Source: the human T2T-CHM13v2.0 reference genome, Homo sapiens. Taken from it: DNA of 64,000 nucleotides. The stretch's first letter is position 1. Each line of letters begins with the position of its first letter. The translations under genes and the position numbers were made by a program. Shown here piece after piece: positions 42,395-58,963 of this stretch. The stretch lies in the NCBI RefSeq assembly GCF_009914755.1, contig NC_060929.1, one strand, 5' to 3'. The notes beneath the pieces are model-generated. The model ran no database searches, was not told the origin of the DNA, and saw nothing but the letters and a program-made list of their open reading frames with translations.

Positions 42395-45300
42395 TAGATG
42401 TTAGATACAAATTTTTAGCAAATCAAATTCAACAACATATTGAAAGAATAGTACACCAAGACCAAATGGGAGTTATTCCAGGTATGCAAGGTAGGTTCAA
42501 CATTTGAAAATCAAACCATGTAATTCATCATATCAACATGCTAAAAAATAAAAAGTATATGATTATATCATTGATAAAGAATGAAAGTTTTTTAAGAGAT
42601 GGGGTCTTGCTATGTTGCCCGGGCTGGTCTTGAATTCCTGGCCTCAAGCAATTCTTCTACCTCAGCCACCTAAAATGTTGAGATTATAGGCGTGAGCCAC
42701 TGCACCCAGCCAAGTAAAAAAATTGATAAAATTCAACATCCATTCATAAAAAGTCTCTTTTATCCATTGATAAAAACTCTCAATGTACTAGGAACAAAGA
42801 GGAACTTCCTCAACTTCACAAAGAGCTCCTACAAAAAACCTACAACTAACATTACACTAAGTGATGAAAGACTGAGTGCTTTCCCCCTACAACTGGGAAC
42901 AAGGCAAAGATGTCTGCTCTCATCACTCTCATTCAATGTAGTACTGGAAGTTCCAGTCAGTGTGGTAAGGCCAGAAAAGGAAATAAAAGGTAACCATATT
43001 ATAAAGAAATAAAACCGTTTCTATTTGCATGATTATCTACATAGAAAATACACAAAAAAAATTTTAAGACCACTTAGAATTGACAAGTGAGTTTATCAAA
43101 GTCTCAGGCTACAAGAAAAACATACACACATTAATACCAGCAAAAAAAAAAAAAAAAAACAAAACACACACACACAACACCCACATGGACACTGAAAGAA
43201 AAAATACAATATCATTTAGAATTATTCAAAAACCCATGACATTCTTAGGTATAAATCTAACAAAACATGTACAGGATTTGTATGCTGAAAACTATGAAGT
43301 GCTGATGGAAGAATTTAAAGAAGATTTAGATGAATGGAGAGGTATACCCATGTTCATGAATTGAAAAACTCAACATAGTAAATATGTCAATTCTGCTGAA
43401 ATTGATATACAGGTTTAATGCAATTCTATTCAACATCCCAGCAAGATTTTTGTAAATATAGATTATTCTAAAATGTATATAAAGAAGCAAAGCAACTAGA
43501 ACAGTTAAAAGTTTTTTTAAAAAAGAAGAGTATATGAGAGAAATCAGTCTACTCAATTTCAAGGCTTATTATACAGCAATAGTAATCAAGACTGTGTTGT
43601 ATTAGTGAAAGAATAGACATATCAATCAATGGAACAGAATAGAGAACTCAGAAACAGACCCACACAAGTATGTCCAACCAATTTTGACAAAGGTGCAAGA
43701 GCAATTCAGTGGAGGAAAGATAGTTGTTCAACAAATGGTGTTGGAGCAATTGACATCCATAGACCAAAAAAAAAAAAAAAAAATTAACCTCAAACCTCAC
43801 ACCTTATGTAAAAATTAACTCAAAATGCATCATAGACTTATACATACTATATATATAGAATTATAAAACTTTTTTTTTTTTGAGACAGAGTCTCGCTCTG
43901 TTGCCCAGGCTGGAGTGCAGTGACACAATCTTGGCCACTGTAGCTTCCACCTCCTGGGTTCAAGAGATTCTTTTGCCTCAGCCTCCTAAGCAGCTGGGCG
44001 CCCACCACCACTCCAGGTTAATTTTTTCTATTTTTAGCAGAAACGGAGTTTTGTCATGTGGCCGGGCTTGTCTTGAACTGCTGACCTCAGGTGATTCAGC
44101 CACCTTGGCCTCCCAAAATGCTGGGGTTACAGGTGTGAGCCACCGCACCTGGACAGAATTGTAAAACTTTTTTTTTTTAAGGAGAAAATCTGCAGGATCT
44201 AAGGCTAGGTAAAGAGTTCTTGGGCTTGCCAACCAAAAGCATAACCCATTAAAAAAAAAAGTGGGGGGTAAATTGAACCTTATTGAAATTTAAAATTTTT
44301 GCTCCAGGAAAGATTTAGTTAAGAGGATAAAAAGATATAAACTACAGGCTAGGAGGCAAGATTTGCTAACCTAACAAACAACTAGTATTTAGAATATATA
44401 AAGAACATTCAAAATTTAACAGTAAAAAATAAACAATACAATTAGAAAATTAGCAAAAGACATATAGAGACATTTTACTGAGGAAGACATACAGATGGCA
44501 AATGAGCACATGAAAAGATGTTCAACAATTAGTAAAGTTCAAATTAAAACCATAAGATATCACTACATAATATCAGTATGACTAAAATTCAAAAGACTGA
44601 CAATACCAAATGCTGTCAAAGACATGGAGAAACCCAATGGCTTATACATTACCAATGGGAAGGTAAACTGGTACAACCACTCTGGAAAGTAGTTTGGAAG
44701 TTTCTTCCAAAACTAAACGTGCACCTACTATACTACCTAGCAATTTCACTCCTAGGTTTTTATCTTGGAGAAATGACAAATTATGTTCACCGAAAACCTA
44801 TACACAAATGTTTGTAGTAGCTTTATTCATAATAGTCCCAAACTAATAACAACCCAGATGTCCTTCAAAGGGTGAATGGTTAAACAAACTATGGTACATT
44901 CAGACCATATGACAGACACAACCAGGCAACAAAATGGGACAAACTGCTGATATGCATAACTTGAATGAATCTCCAGAGAATTATGCTGGGTGAAAAAAAA
45001 ATCCAAAATGGTTACAGAATGTAACCATTTATACAACATGATTGAAATGACAAATTAGAGAAAAAAAAACTGCCATAGCCAGGAGCTAAGGACTGGGGTA
45101 TGGGGTTAGGGAAGTAAGTATGGCTGCTGTAGGGGCCAAGAGAAACTTCCCCTTCACCCTCTGAAGTTTTACTGAAAATTCAACTCACAAAAGGCAGATT
45201 AATGGGAGAAAAGGCATACAAATATTATTAATGTATATAAACAGAGAGAACCACAGAGTGATTATCCACCCCCATCAATGAGGTTCAGAAGTTTATATCC

Positions 45301-45850
45301 ACCCTGGCAAAACAGGTTATGGGAATGGGGAGAAGAAGAATTCTGTTGAAGGAATTACTAGGGAGAATGAATGGATCAGGGAATACGGATCAACTTGTAC
45401 ATTATCCTGTGAAAGGGTCTGTTCAGGTGTGATTACATTTTTGGTCTTACAGAGAGGGAAAGAAAAAACAATTGTTCCGTTTGGTGGATCTAGATCTTAG
45501 GCAGATAAAGAACTTTGTCCTGTGCGTTGAGAGGGAAAGTTGGGGGATGAGGGGAAGGCCAGTGAGATCTCGAGGCTTCTTCACTGCACCATGTCAAAGC
45601 ATCATATGTTGGGGTATCAGTTTCTGTGCCCCAACACTACAAAAGACTACATGAGAGATGTTTGTGGTGATGGAAATGTTCTGTTCTGTACCTTGATTGT
45701 GCCAATGTCGATATCCTGGTTGTGATATTGTACTATAGTTTTGCAAGATGTTACCATTAAGGGGAAATAAGTAAAAGGAATATGAGATCTCTCTGCATTG
45801 CTCCTTAAAGCTGCATGTAAATCTATAATTACTTCTAAATAAAATGTTTA
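42395..45850 (+). mobile_element. 5'-truncated L1MC/L1MD-type LINE (ORF2 RT/C-terminal remnants and 3' UTR) with nested FLAM (42588-42712), Alu (43870-44152) and an ERV1 LTR
   Basis: Translates to L1 ORF2: [76 protein letters not shown]; many stops and frameshifts; MER5-like halves flank it (~42255-42325, ~46210-46310). Confidence 0.92.
45128..45636 (-). mobile_element. MER34/MER39-family ERV1 solo LTR
   Basis: Minus strand TGTTGGGGCACAGAAACTGATACCCCAACATATG...GGCCCCTACA; 4-bp TSD CTGC/CTAC. Confidence 0.75.
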
Positions 45851-45859
45851 AATACATAA

Positions 45860-46058
45860 TGAAAAATGAAAATGTTAATTAGTATTCAACAATTATTCAA
45901 TATTGTCATTGTTTACCAATATTGAATGTCAGTTAGTTTGGATTTATTAGGTTGGTGAAAAATGAAAATGTTAATTAGTATTCAACAATTGTTCAATAGT
46001 GTCATCATTTACCAATATTGAACATAAGTTAGTTTGGATTTATTAGGTCAGTGCAAAA
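45860..46058. repeat. Tandem duplication, 96-bp period, 2 copies
   Basis: TGAAAAATGAAAATGTTAATTAGTATTCAACAATT at 45860 and 45956. Confidence 0.95.
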
Positions 46059-46117
46059 ATTTAGCGTTTGCTGTTAAAAGTAATGGCAAAAACCACAACT
46101 ACTTTTCACCAACCTAA
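46043..46117. mobile_element. MADE1 (Hsmar1 mariner MITE)
   Basis: TTAGGTCAGTGCAAAA...TTTTCACCAACCTAA inverted repeats flanked by TA dinucleotides. Confidence 0.88.
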
Positions 46118-46712
46118 TACTTGCTATGTCCCTATTAAGCTCACTTTGCTAATTTTAAAAAATGACCAAGCTCCCTGACTCCAACATACTCAACACACAC
46201 ATGTACACACAGACTTAGATTTTAGATAATCCTAGTCTGCAGGTCTGGTATGTATCTGGAAATCTATATTTCTAGCAATCATCCCAGATAGTTCTGAAGC
46301 ACATTCAACACTTCTTTAGGTGAAATTTGGCATCTTTCCCCATCATTCTAAATTAACATGCCAACGCTATCTGTAAGTGACCATGTGGTGTCAATGGCAG
46401 GATGGAGCAGCAGCCCTTGAACTTTGCTATTGAAGCATCTTCCAAGGAAGTCTGGCTCCTCCTGTTTCATAGGACGTGCTTCCTTTTGGAGCAGAGCACA
46501 GCCTCCTACTCCCTGTGTGTCAAACACCTTCAGCTTTCCTCACCTCTCTGGGCTATGGCAGGTGACTCCTTTAGTTCACGTGGAGGAAAAAAACATGACA
46601 TTCAGTCTTTGGGTCAAAATGAGGACTTTTTGAAAAGGACAAATGAGCTAACTTTAAACTAAAACTCATACCTCTACATTTCCTGATCCTGCAAATGTGA
46701 AAGAATGAGAAG

Positions 46713-46850
46713 AGGCCGCGTGCTGTGTCTCACGCCTGTAATCCTAGCACGCCCTAATCCTAACTTTGAGAGGCCAAGGAGGGAGGATCACTTGAGCCCA
46801 GAAGTTCAAGACCAGCCTGGGGTAATATAGTGAGACCCTTGTCTCTATAA
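46713..46850 (+). mobile_element. FLAM Alu monomer
   Basis: GGAGGATCACTTGAGCCCAGAAGTTCAAGACCAGCCTGGG. Confidence 0.85.
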
Positions 46851-47277
46851 TTACTTTTTTAAAAGGAAAAGAATTAGAAGAAATCCCCGGTCAAAACAAT
46901 CAAAACAAAGGCTTTGGACCCTATGTGCTCACACATTCCTGTCTTGGGGTGAAGGTTTACAGCCAGGCTAAGAGTTACCGCTTTCTTCGAATATCTATTT
47001 AAGCCAAACGGGGATTTTTAAAAGACACACAGGTTACCTCTGATACCAAACAGGAAGAATGAAAACCTTTAGTGGACAGCTGCTGGCTTCCCAAATTGTC
47101 TTAGCAGGCTCATAGTGCCAGCTTTGCTGAAATCTGAGGAATTGAATTCAAGAGAGAAAGCTGAGGGCTATAAGAATCAGGAATTTAGAAAACCAAAGCA
47201 TTCCAAGGAAAGAGGAATTTTGATTGACTAAGCAAATATTCTACACCAAATAAATCTATGTCAAAGTAGGAAAAAAA

Positions 47278-47589
47278 GACCAGCCGTGGTGGCTTATACC
47301 TGTAATCTATCTCAACACTTTGGAGGCAGAGGCAGGAAGATCACTTGAGCCCAGGAGTTTGAGATCAGCCTGGGCAACAGAGTGAGACTCTGTCTCTACA
47401 AACAAACAAACAAACAAACAAACAAAAATTAGCTGGGGGTGGTGGTATGCCTGTAGTCCCAGCTACTCGGGAGGCTGAGATAGGAGGCCCAGGAGGTCAA
47501 GGCTGCAATGAGTCAATTGATCACACCACTGCACTTCCAGCCTGGTGACAGAGCCAGATCCTGTCTCAAAAAAAAAAAAAAAAAAAAAA
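47278..47589 (+). mobile_element. AluJ with (AAAC)n linker
   Basis: J-type motifs GGAGGTCAAGGCTGCA; poly(A). Confidence 0.92.
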
Positions 47590-47923
47590 GAGAGAGAGAA
47601 AACCAGGAGGGAAACAATGCAATGAGGGAGGGATGCTGAGTGACTAAGACTAATCTCATGTTTACCTCCTGGGACTTGAAGACCTTTCCAGCGTATTTCA
47701 CAGCCAGGGGAAGATTCGCTGTCAAGCAATTAGGTTTTCTCCCAGAAGACAAAGGAATAATCTGTAAGTTTTCTTCTGTCTGATGGAGGCAGGTAGAGGG
47801 GAATAAGCAGGCACTGAACATTACTGAAAATTCCATTTGGTTTTTATACTGGCTAGAGGACTTGGCTACAAACAACAGAAAAAGAATTAGGGTAATTATG
47901 CAGAATAGGAATTTATCATCAGG

Positions 47924-48545
<622 letters not shown>

Positions 48546-48949
48546 AAAGGAATTTATCGTCAGGAAAGCTGAAGAACCTAGCTCAGATAGGGAATGTGAA
48601 GCAAGGGAGGTTGAGCAGCTGAGCTGACTGCCAAGGTCATGCTGGCCTGACGGGGGGCCATTGCTGCCACCACCACCACCATAGCTGTGAACAGAACATT
48701 GCCAAGGCCTCTGCTGGTCCTGGGCCCTGGTGGGCACCACTGCTCTCACCATCACTAGGGGAGCTGCCTCCTCTAGGAACAGGGTGAATCAGGATGAAGA
48801 ATCAGGATCCCCGGGAGACTGAATAATGAATAAGAACCCCCAGGAGTATAGCCTATACGTTTGTATTTTAAAATAAATTCCCTAAGATGATTTTAAAGAT
48901 CCCTCTGATTTGGGAAACAATGACTTAAATGCAGAGTATTCATCTTGTG

Positions 48950-49435
48950 ATTGTGCTGCTCAAAGCCTTCCTGTTGGTTTCTTGTTCAAAATTATTTGAT
49001 GACATATAATTACTTATGGGAAACTAAGTTCAGGTTTCTTAGATTGGCATTTAATGCCCTCCATGACCTGGCTCTAGCCCATGTTTCCAGGCGTATGTCC
49101 TCCTTTCTCCTCTGTGTACCCAATGCCCCAGTCGCACTGAACCTCCCTGGTCTTTCTGGGGCAGTGTTCCTCATTCACACTCCCATCTTTACCTGCTGGC
49201 GTACTCTTTATTTTCAGGCCACCCCCACCAACAGCTTTCCTTAACTACCTCTCAGCTTTCTCTGAACTCTCTGTAACACTTCACCTCTCTTTTGGAATGT
49301 CGGATTATGACTCATGACATAGGCTTTTTGCATATATGTTATTTACAGTAATAGGTGATAAGAACCTTTGCACCCCTAGGGTATATAGAATAGCACCTGA
49401 CTCATAGTAGATATTCCATTAAATGTATAAACAAA
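48950..49435 (+). mobile_element. L2 3' fragment
   Basis: GGCATTTAATGCCCTCCATGACCTGGC; AGCACCTGACTCATAGTAGATATTC end. Confidence 0.6.
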
Positions 49436-49797
49436 TGCCATCTTGCGAAATTTTGCAGTCAGATTTGTAAGGTACGTTAGCCTTCTTGAATGTTCCCATT
49501 GGGAGCAGCTTAATTTTTACAGCAGTTTTTCTTATTTTATTTTAAGTCATGAACAAGGAGACTTGCTGTTACCATAGGTTTTATACGGGTATCCTTGAAC
49601 AGTAGTGTGCTTTTCAAAATTATAGACCATGATTCTTTAAAAGGAATGGATGATTACACTAACTCCCCTCAATTACAAATATTACCTATCCTATTACTGT
49701 ATTGAGTACCAATAAAACTATGGCTTCCAGAGTCAGCTCACACCCTTGCCTTCAAAAGTTAAATTTAATAGTATCTATTAACTTAGAGCAAACACTA

Positions 49798-50088
<291 letters not shown>

Positions 50089-50225
50089 CTGGTACCCATT
50101 TTTAAGAGGCTAACTACAGAGAAAAGGTTTTCTTTTTACCACTCCACAGGTAAAAGCTTGAAGGTCAAAAGTGACATGTTGACACAGTGGTGTGTGGTTA
50201 GAAGAAAGGAGGACTAAATTTTTAA

Positions 50226-50522
<297 letters not shown>

Positions 50523-50630
50523 TAATTTTTGAATTTCTTTTCTGTGGTCACCTTGTATCAGAGAGTTACTACTGTAAAATTACAGTGGTGTTTGTTTTCA
50601 TTTCCCTCTGTCACTTGGATGTTTCCTCTA

Positions 50631-51068
<438 letters not shown>

Positions 51069-51234
51069 CTAGTCAGAGCTGCATGAATGAAGAGGTTAAA
51101 TAACTGTGTGGTGGGGCTTCCTTTGTGAAACTGTGGGGCAGTCAGTGAGTTTGGAGGGTCTGTACAGAATTTAATCCAGATGCAGGAACAGATTGTGTAA
51201 GAAGGTTCAGTGTAGGATTGGTTCTTGACTCTTA

Positions 51235-51440
51235 ATTTATTCAACAAATATTTACTATGTGCCTGCTACTGCAGGCCTTGGGATGAGTAAGACAGACATG
51301 GTTTATTTCCTCATGAAATTTATTGTTAAATGAAGGAGATGGACAATTAACAAATGATTGTGCCAATGATTGTTTTGCTGTGGTGACAATAATTGCTATG
51401 AAGTCAATGTATACAGTGTGATCTGAAATTGTGTAACAGA
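51235..51440 (-). mobile_element. L2 3' fragment
   Basis: ATTCAACAAATATTTACTATGTGCCTGCT. Confidence 0.65.
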
Positions 51441-52516
51441 GGTCCCCACCCCAACTCATTTCTTGGCCTCCAGACCTGTAGTATTTACTGCTACTGTTAG
51501 TTGTCAATTTGTGTAGCTCTTCCCTTTACTCATCATGTCAGCCTTGTCTGTTCCAGCCCATCCTCTTCTCTAGAGCTCTGGCAAATGATTAGAGCTGTGG
51601 GTCACTTTCATGCATCCAGAATTTGGAAAAATCTATAGTCCTTTTCTGCATAGCATCTTATCCTGGACATAGCTCATTAGAAGAATCATAGTCATGGATA
51701 ACCTCAGAGAAGATTCTATTGATTCCTATCATTCCAAAAGTGACTCTGCATTGTCCACACAATGTAGTGTGAGAAATCTCCATTAAGTGACAGTCATCCA
51801 TGGCCCATTTCCTCAAACAGCCCTTTCTGTTCCTCTCAGTGGCACCGGAAGTGCCATCGCTGAGATGGTATCTCAAGTGAAACCCTAGTAGTCATATTTA
51901 CATTCTGCTGCACCCTTAGGGGTGGGGAGCATTATCACTGTGCAGACATATATGACAGGTCAGTATCTACTATCTTGATGAGGTAATACAGCACTCACAA
52001 ACTGAGAAAGGTCTTGATTTGTACATCTTTTTTTTTTTTTTAACAATTTTATTTTAGGTCATGAATGGGGAGACCTGCTGTGAACATGGGCTTTAGGATC
52101 GTGGACATCAATTGGTGGAGAGGCAGAACTGGGAGCGAGGGAGTCAACAAGAGTTGTGCTCTATCTATTCATTCATAACGTTTCAACGTTTGCTCACCAT
52201 TTCTAGGTACCTTGTCTGGGTTCCATGCTAAAGAGGACTCAAGAGGAGAGTGATACAGGCAATAGGTTGAATTGAGCTGATATAAAAGGATCACCTTCAA
52301 ACAATAATATTGCTGGGGAAAACAAAATAATTTTAATACATGGCCAGGCTTGAAAGCAAACAAGAGAAATCCCCAGATGCCAGAGGCACAAAACGGGAGT
52401 TGAAGCCAAATCTCTCAAAACAATATCAATATAGGGCCCAGAGGCTGAAGACCGGAGTATTAGTTTTCTCATATGGATGGGAGGTGAGGCTTGGGGCCTC
52501 CAAAAAAAGCCAGGGC

Positions 52517-52879
<363 letters not shown>

Positions 52880-52933
52880 CTAGAGAAGTGTCAGCGAAGC
52901 TACTTATCTACCAGGGGAAAATGGCATCCATCA

Positions 52934-53281
<348 letters not shown>

Positions 53282-53399
53282 CTACAAATTTATACTTCCC
53301 TATGGAAGAAGAAATGCTAAAAGATTAACCTAGAAACTCTCCCAGAAGCAGTGACTCTTAGGGCTCCAGAAAAAGCATCACAAACCTATCTTGTAGACG

Positions 53400-54820
<1,421 letters not shown>

Positions 54821-54889
54821 TTTCCACAACAAGGGCATGAGAGATTGCCAGGGAGCACAGCTCAGTGACGGTCATGTCAGAGTTACAAA

Positions 54890-55685
54890 CTGACAAACCT
54901 CATCTTTAAGGAGGTAGAGCACAACTCCTCACTCCTTAAGTGTGGGTTGTGTATAGTGATACAGTCCCTCTTGCTAAGAGACGAGCTTTATAGTGAAGAA
55001 TCCTCACAAACACTGTCTCAGCCAGGCCATCACAGATATGGAGGATGTCAGTGATAAGTCGTGTCAATAGCATGTACCCTTGACACAATGTGATGAGAAC
55101 GGCGCTTCCTCCCAAAACACGTAACTCCAGTCTATTCATAAGAAAAATATCAGACAAATGCCAGTGGAGGGACAGTCTATGAAACTACTGATCAATCATC
55201 CTCAAAACTGCCAAGAACATCAGAAATGAGGAAGGAGGCCAGTTGTAGTGGCTTACACCTATAAGCCCAGCATTTTAGGAGGCCAAGGCGGGAGGATCAC
55301 TTGGAGGTCAGGAGTTTGAGATGAGACTGGGCAACATAGTGAGACCCCATCTTTACAAAAAAATAAATTAAAAATAAGGAAGGTTTGAGAAAATGTAACA
55401 GCCAAAAGAAGCCTAAGAAGACATGACAACTAAATGTGATGTGGGATCCTGGATGGGACCCTGGAGCAGAAAAAGGAAATTAGGCAAAAACTAAGAAAAT
55501 CTGAATAAGGTATGGACTTTAGTTAATTATAATGGATCAATATTGGCTCCTCAATTGTGACAAATATACCATCCTAATGGAAGAGGTTCATAATCAGGGA
55601 AACCGAGTGTGAAGTACAGGGGAATTCTGTGCTATCTCTGTAATTTTTCTGTAAATCTAAACTTTTTCAAAAAATAAAGCTTATT
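54890..55685 (+). mobile_element. L1MC/L1MD 3' UTR with nested FLAM (55237-55375)
   Basis: CTCCTTAAGTGTGGG, GACATGACAACTAAATGT...GGGATCCTGGATGGGA, TTTTTCTGTAAATCTAAA...AATAAAG. Confidence 0.85.
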
Positions 55686-57611
55686 ATATTTATATATTAT
55701 ACTTTTATATTATAATATTTTATATTACATTATAAATATTTGTAATACTTTTGTATTATATTACAAATCTCATGAGGAAATGGGCCTCCATGAAGTAGGA
55801 TCAGTAGTTTAAACAAATGTGAGTTTTTTAATATCCCGAAGAACTAGTGATAATACAATTAGAGTGAATGTTTTTCTCTTTTTCTCTTTCTGGCTACTAT
55901 CAGTTTGTGGCGTTTCAACAGCCTCCTGTTTTGGAAGAATCACTGATTCTGTGGTAGATATTGTTCACTGATATGCTGGAGGCCATGGACATCAGACGAT
56001 CCCCAGAGGAGACAAGGAGGAGCTATCTTTTCTTCTTGCCATACTTGGGAGAGTGGGAGAGCCAGGCTGCCTGCTGTGTGCAGGTACCTCCTTGTAGCCC
56101 AAAGGCTTCATTGGGAGCCACTGGGCATCTCTGGGCAGTGTGTTACAAACATCCACTCTTCCCCTCTGTCCTGCTGATTCTTGCCAGTGACTGGTTCAGG
56201 AACCCATGTTCCAGATTCATATCAATCAGCCCATGGCAGCCCCCAGGTGAATGTTGAGGGGTAGGTACTTAACCAAAAATGCGCACCATCAGAGTGGAGA
56301 GAAGGACTCATACTCCTGGTTAGCAGCCATCTTGCATCCATAAGGGTATCCATCCTAAGAATAAAGTTGACATTTATAAAGTGAAGGTAGGATCAAAAGG
56401 ACCTCAGAAAAATGGAACCGAAGCCCTGATTGTATTTTCACCTGAACTCTGCCCCACAGGGAGGGGTTTTCTTTTGAATTAGATTTTCCATTATTTTCAA
56501 AGTCATCCATAGGCATGTTTTCTCCTTCTGAAGAAAGTCATGGAAGCAGGGAGGACAGTCTGGCAGTGGCAACAGAGGTGACAAATGCCCAGTGAGGTGG
56601 TCCCAGCTGCACATCTCCATGTCACCTAGTCTCTTGGGTCCTGGACATTTCTTCTCTAGTTATACACCCTTTCCACCAATTCTACTAGGTATATTCATCT
56701 TTCTAGCAAATTCCTTCCTGCTTAAGTTATCCAAAATTGATTTCTGTTGCTTACAACCAAGATTCTTGGCCTATATAAGAACAATCTGAAAGAGACTTTG
56801 AAATAATACATGGCCTCTGTAACCTCAAGATTTTAGCACTTGATGGGGGAAACAGACACACAGGGATCTCACTGTGCATCCTATGAAAAGTGCTATAATA
56901 GATGCACCTGCGAAAGACTCTTGGGAACCCTATGGAGGGAGACTTTTCCCTCTTAGAGTGAGCATGGGCAGTCAGGACAGGCTTCACAAGGAAGTAACAT
57001 GAACTGAGTCCTTAAAAGGTCATAAAATGTCATTAGACAAAGAGATGAGGAAAGGGAAAAGCATAAACAAATGTATGCTAGGAGGGAGCTGAGGCTGAGG
57101 ATAAAGTAATTTAAGGTGTGAGCACGATTAGATACAAAGTTACAGAGAAAATATGGAGACTGTCTGAGGAAGGATTTGGGAAATGAAGCTGGATAAGTAG
57201 GTGGAACTAAGTTCTACAAAACCTTAAGTTCACATTCCAAAGGTTTTGAAAATTACTCTTGCTTGAAATTCGTCAGAGTAGGGATAAGCCATACTGGAAC
57301 TTCAGCTGCACGAGCTGATGGGAGAAGAGGAGGTCATTGGGATAAGAAATGGATTGGGGCTAGAGAGCAATAATCCACACCTACGGCTAGTCATTGAAAA
57401 CAGGACAAAAGTAGTAAATTCTTCTAGGTTTAAAGAAGCTTTATTCAGACAAAGAAAATAAAAACAAAACAAAAACATATGAGAAAAACAGAAAACAAAT
57501 ATAAAGATGATCAATTTAAATCTAACTATATCTATGATCACACCTGTAAATGTTTATACATCCTAATTAAAAGACAGAGATGGTAAAATATCAATATTGG
57601 CTCATTAATTG

Positions 57612-58000
57612 TGCTATGGCCTGAATTATGTCCCCTTCAAAATCATATGTTGAAGCCCTAACACTCAATGTGACTGTATCTGGAGATAAGGTTTTTAGGT
57701 TAAGGTAGGGTCTTAAGGTTAAATAAAGTCATAGGGTGGTTTCTCATCTGTTAAGACTGTGGCCTTATAAGAAGAGAAAGAAAAACCTCTCTCTTTCTCT
57801 CTCTACACACACACACACACACACACACACGAAAGGCGACATGAGGACACAGTGAAAAAGGTGGCCAGCCACCTGCAAACCAGGAAAAGAGCCCTCACCA
57901 AAAAGTAAATAATCCAGAAAGAATTGTGAGAAATAAATTTTTGTTGTTTAAGCCACTCAGTCTCTGGTATTTTTTATGGCAGCCCAAGGAGACTAAGACA
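57612..58000 (+). mobile_element. MLT1A LTR with internal (CT)n(CA)n, nested in a short L1MC/MD 3' fragment (57585-58150)
   Basis: TGCTATGGCCTGAATTATGTCCCC...CTAAGACA; TSD AATTG/AAATG. Confidence 0.9.
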
Positions 58001-58963
58001 AAATGTAACGAATGGACTACACTAATGCTAATGCAAGATGTTAATGAGAGGGAAAACTAGGGTGGGGGTAGTGAGGGAGAATCCTTTGTACTTTCCACTT
58101 AACTTTTTCTGTAAACTTAAAACTGCTCAAAAAAAAAATAAAGTCTATTAATTTTTAAGGCAGAAATTGTCTAACTGGTTATAAAAGCAAGATTCACTGT
58201 AGAGGTGCCTACAAGAAACACATGTTGAATACAAAGACACAAAAAGGTTAAAAGTAAAAGGATAAAAAAAGATATACCAAGTGAACACTAAATAAAACAA
58301 AGCTGGGGAGGCTACATTAATAGCAGACAAAAAAGATTTCAGAGCAAAGAATACCACCAGGGATAAAGAAAATAAATTCATCATGATAAAGGGTTAATCT
58401 ATCAGGAAGATACAACAATCTTAAATGTTTATGCACTTAATAACAGAACTTCAAATAAATATGAAGCAAAAACTGACAGAACTGCAAGAAATAGTAGATA
58501 AATTAGCAATTACAGTCAGAGATTTCAAATACCCTGTCTCAATAATTAATACAGCAAGTAAAGAGAAAGTCAATAAGAATATAGAAGATTTGAACAATGC
58601 TATCAACCAACATGATCTAATTTATTTTTATAGAACACACCACCCAAAAACAGTAGAACACATAATTTTTTCAAATGTAAATAAGATATTTACCAATATA
58701 CAGCATGTTCTGGGCTTCTGGGCCATAAAACAAGTCTTGGTAAATTTTAAAGGATTCATGTCATAAAAAGTATATTCTCTGATTACAGTGGAATTAATTA
58801 AAAATCAATAACTGAAAGATCTTTGGGGAACTGTCACATGGTTGGAAACTAAATAATACACATACACAACTAGTGGGGCAAAAAAAATGAAAATGGCAAT
58901 TAGAAAGTATTTTCAACTTAGTACAAATGAAAACATAACATATCAAATTGTATGGGATGCCTT

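Noticed and set aside
42395-45850. Active L1 or intact reverse transcriptase
   Set aside because: 5'-truncated, heavily frameshifted and interrupted by Alus and an LTR.
55680-55770. AT-rich stretch with local inverted symmetry
   Set aside because: Low-complexity decay of an L1 tail; symmetry is expected by chance.
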